From Macrostomum lignano (lineage: Eukaryota), in contig NIVC01003722.1 of assembly GCA_002269645.1 (NCBI GenBank), positions 1 through 64,000 of the forward strand: a stretch of 64,000 nt of DNA, read 5' to 3'. Of the stretch, positions 63,302-64,000 are shown piece by piece (position 1 is the stretch's first letter; each line of letters begins with the position of its first letter). Made by a program: the position numbers and the translations under genes. Under the pieces are notes generated by a model. That model made no database searches and was not told the DNA's origin. It saw only the letters and a list, made by a program, of their open reading frames with translations.

Positions 63302-64000
63302 CAGAGTCAAAGACACTCACCCTATGGATACTTACTCCCGAGTCAAAGACACTCACCCTATGGACGCACCCCCCCGAGGCGACTCGAGTCAAGGACACTC
63401 ACCCTATGGACGCACCCCCCCCCGAGCGACTCAAGTCAAGGACACTCACCCTATGGACGCACCCCCCAAGCGACTCGAGTCAAGGACACTTACCCGATGG
63501 ACACTTACCCCTTCCCCCGAGTCAAGGACACTCACGCTATGGACAGACCCCCTGAGTCAAGGACACTCGCACTATGGACACACCCCCGAGTCAAAAGCAC
63601 TCACCCTATGGACACACCCCTGAGTCAAGGATACTCATCCTATGGATACACCCCCGAGCGACTCGAGTCAAGAACACCCCAGAGTCATCCCAGAGTCAAG
63701 GACACTCACCCTATGGACACACCCCCCGAGTCAAGGACACTCACCCTATGGACACGCCCCTGAGTCAAGGACACCCTCCTATAGGACACTAATCCTATGG
63801 ACACCTCACCATATGGGCACTTCCCTAAGTGATGGACACTCATATTACCTCAGGTCTGCCCCACCCCACCTCTGGCCTGGCACTTAAATAAATTCTCATT
63901 GATTCGAAGTTTGACCCTCTCTTTGCCTTCCACTTCATGGAAGTTGTGTTTGTGCATGACATGCACAAACAGCGCCTCACGCAGCACCAGCTGCAGATAA

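Larger units (their letters stand above)
57545..63303 (-). mobile_element. Full-length non-LTR retrotransposon, I-group (LOA/R1/Tad1-like) with RNase H, antisense in MATE intron 5
   Basis: 5'UTR, ORF1, ORF2 and a 3' tail (AAGTCAAAGTAAGTCAA), bounded by a 400-bp direct repeat. Confidence 0.95.

Overview
Eukaryotic (animal) genomic DNA with GC-rich exons and introns packed with minisatellites; this style suggests a free-living flatworm such as Macrostomum (inference only). Gene models built by hand from GT/GC-AG sites, all phase-consistent: (1) an intronless secreted ependymin-like ORF on - (234-949) with a 1-nt homopolymer frameshift; (2) a BAR-RhoGAP gene of the SH3BP1/ARHGAP17/ARHGAP44 family on + (7721-25308, 5 exons, ~799 aa); (3) the first coding exon of a small secreted protein on - (29322-29542); (4) four tandem Cys-loop (nAChR-like) receptor genes on - (31239-50980); (5) the 5' part of a MATE/SLC47-like transporter on + (52937-56443, continuing beyond the window). 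The MATE intron 5 holds a full-length antisense non-LTR retrotransposon (57545-63303; ORF1 plus APE-RT-RNase H ORF2). Several MITEs, a tRNA-headed SINE-like family and ~25 tandem arrays are also present. Main highlights: the four receptor genes have highly divergent ligand-binding domains that lack the acetylcholine-binding residues, but near-identical pore exons and pore intron (apparent domain-restricted gene conversion). The retroelement is flanked by a perfect 400-bp direct repeat and begins with an HDV-like ribozyme fold whose G1 lies at its 5' junction. A strongly CpG-depleted domain with CpA/TpA-biased divergence lies at ~3060-7760.
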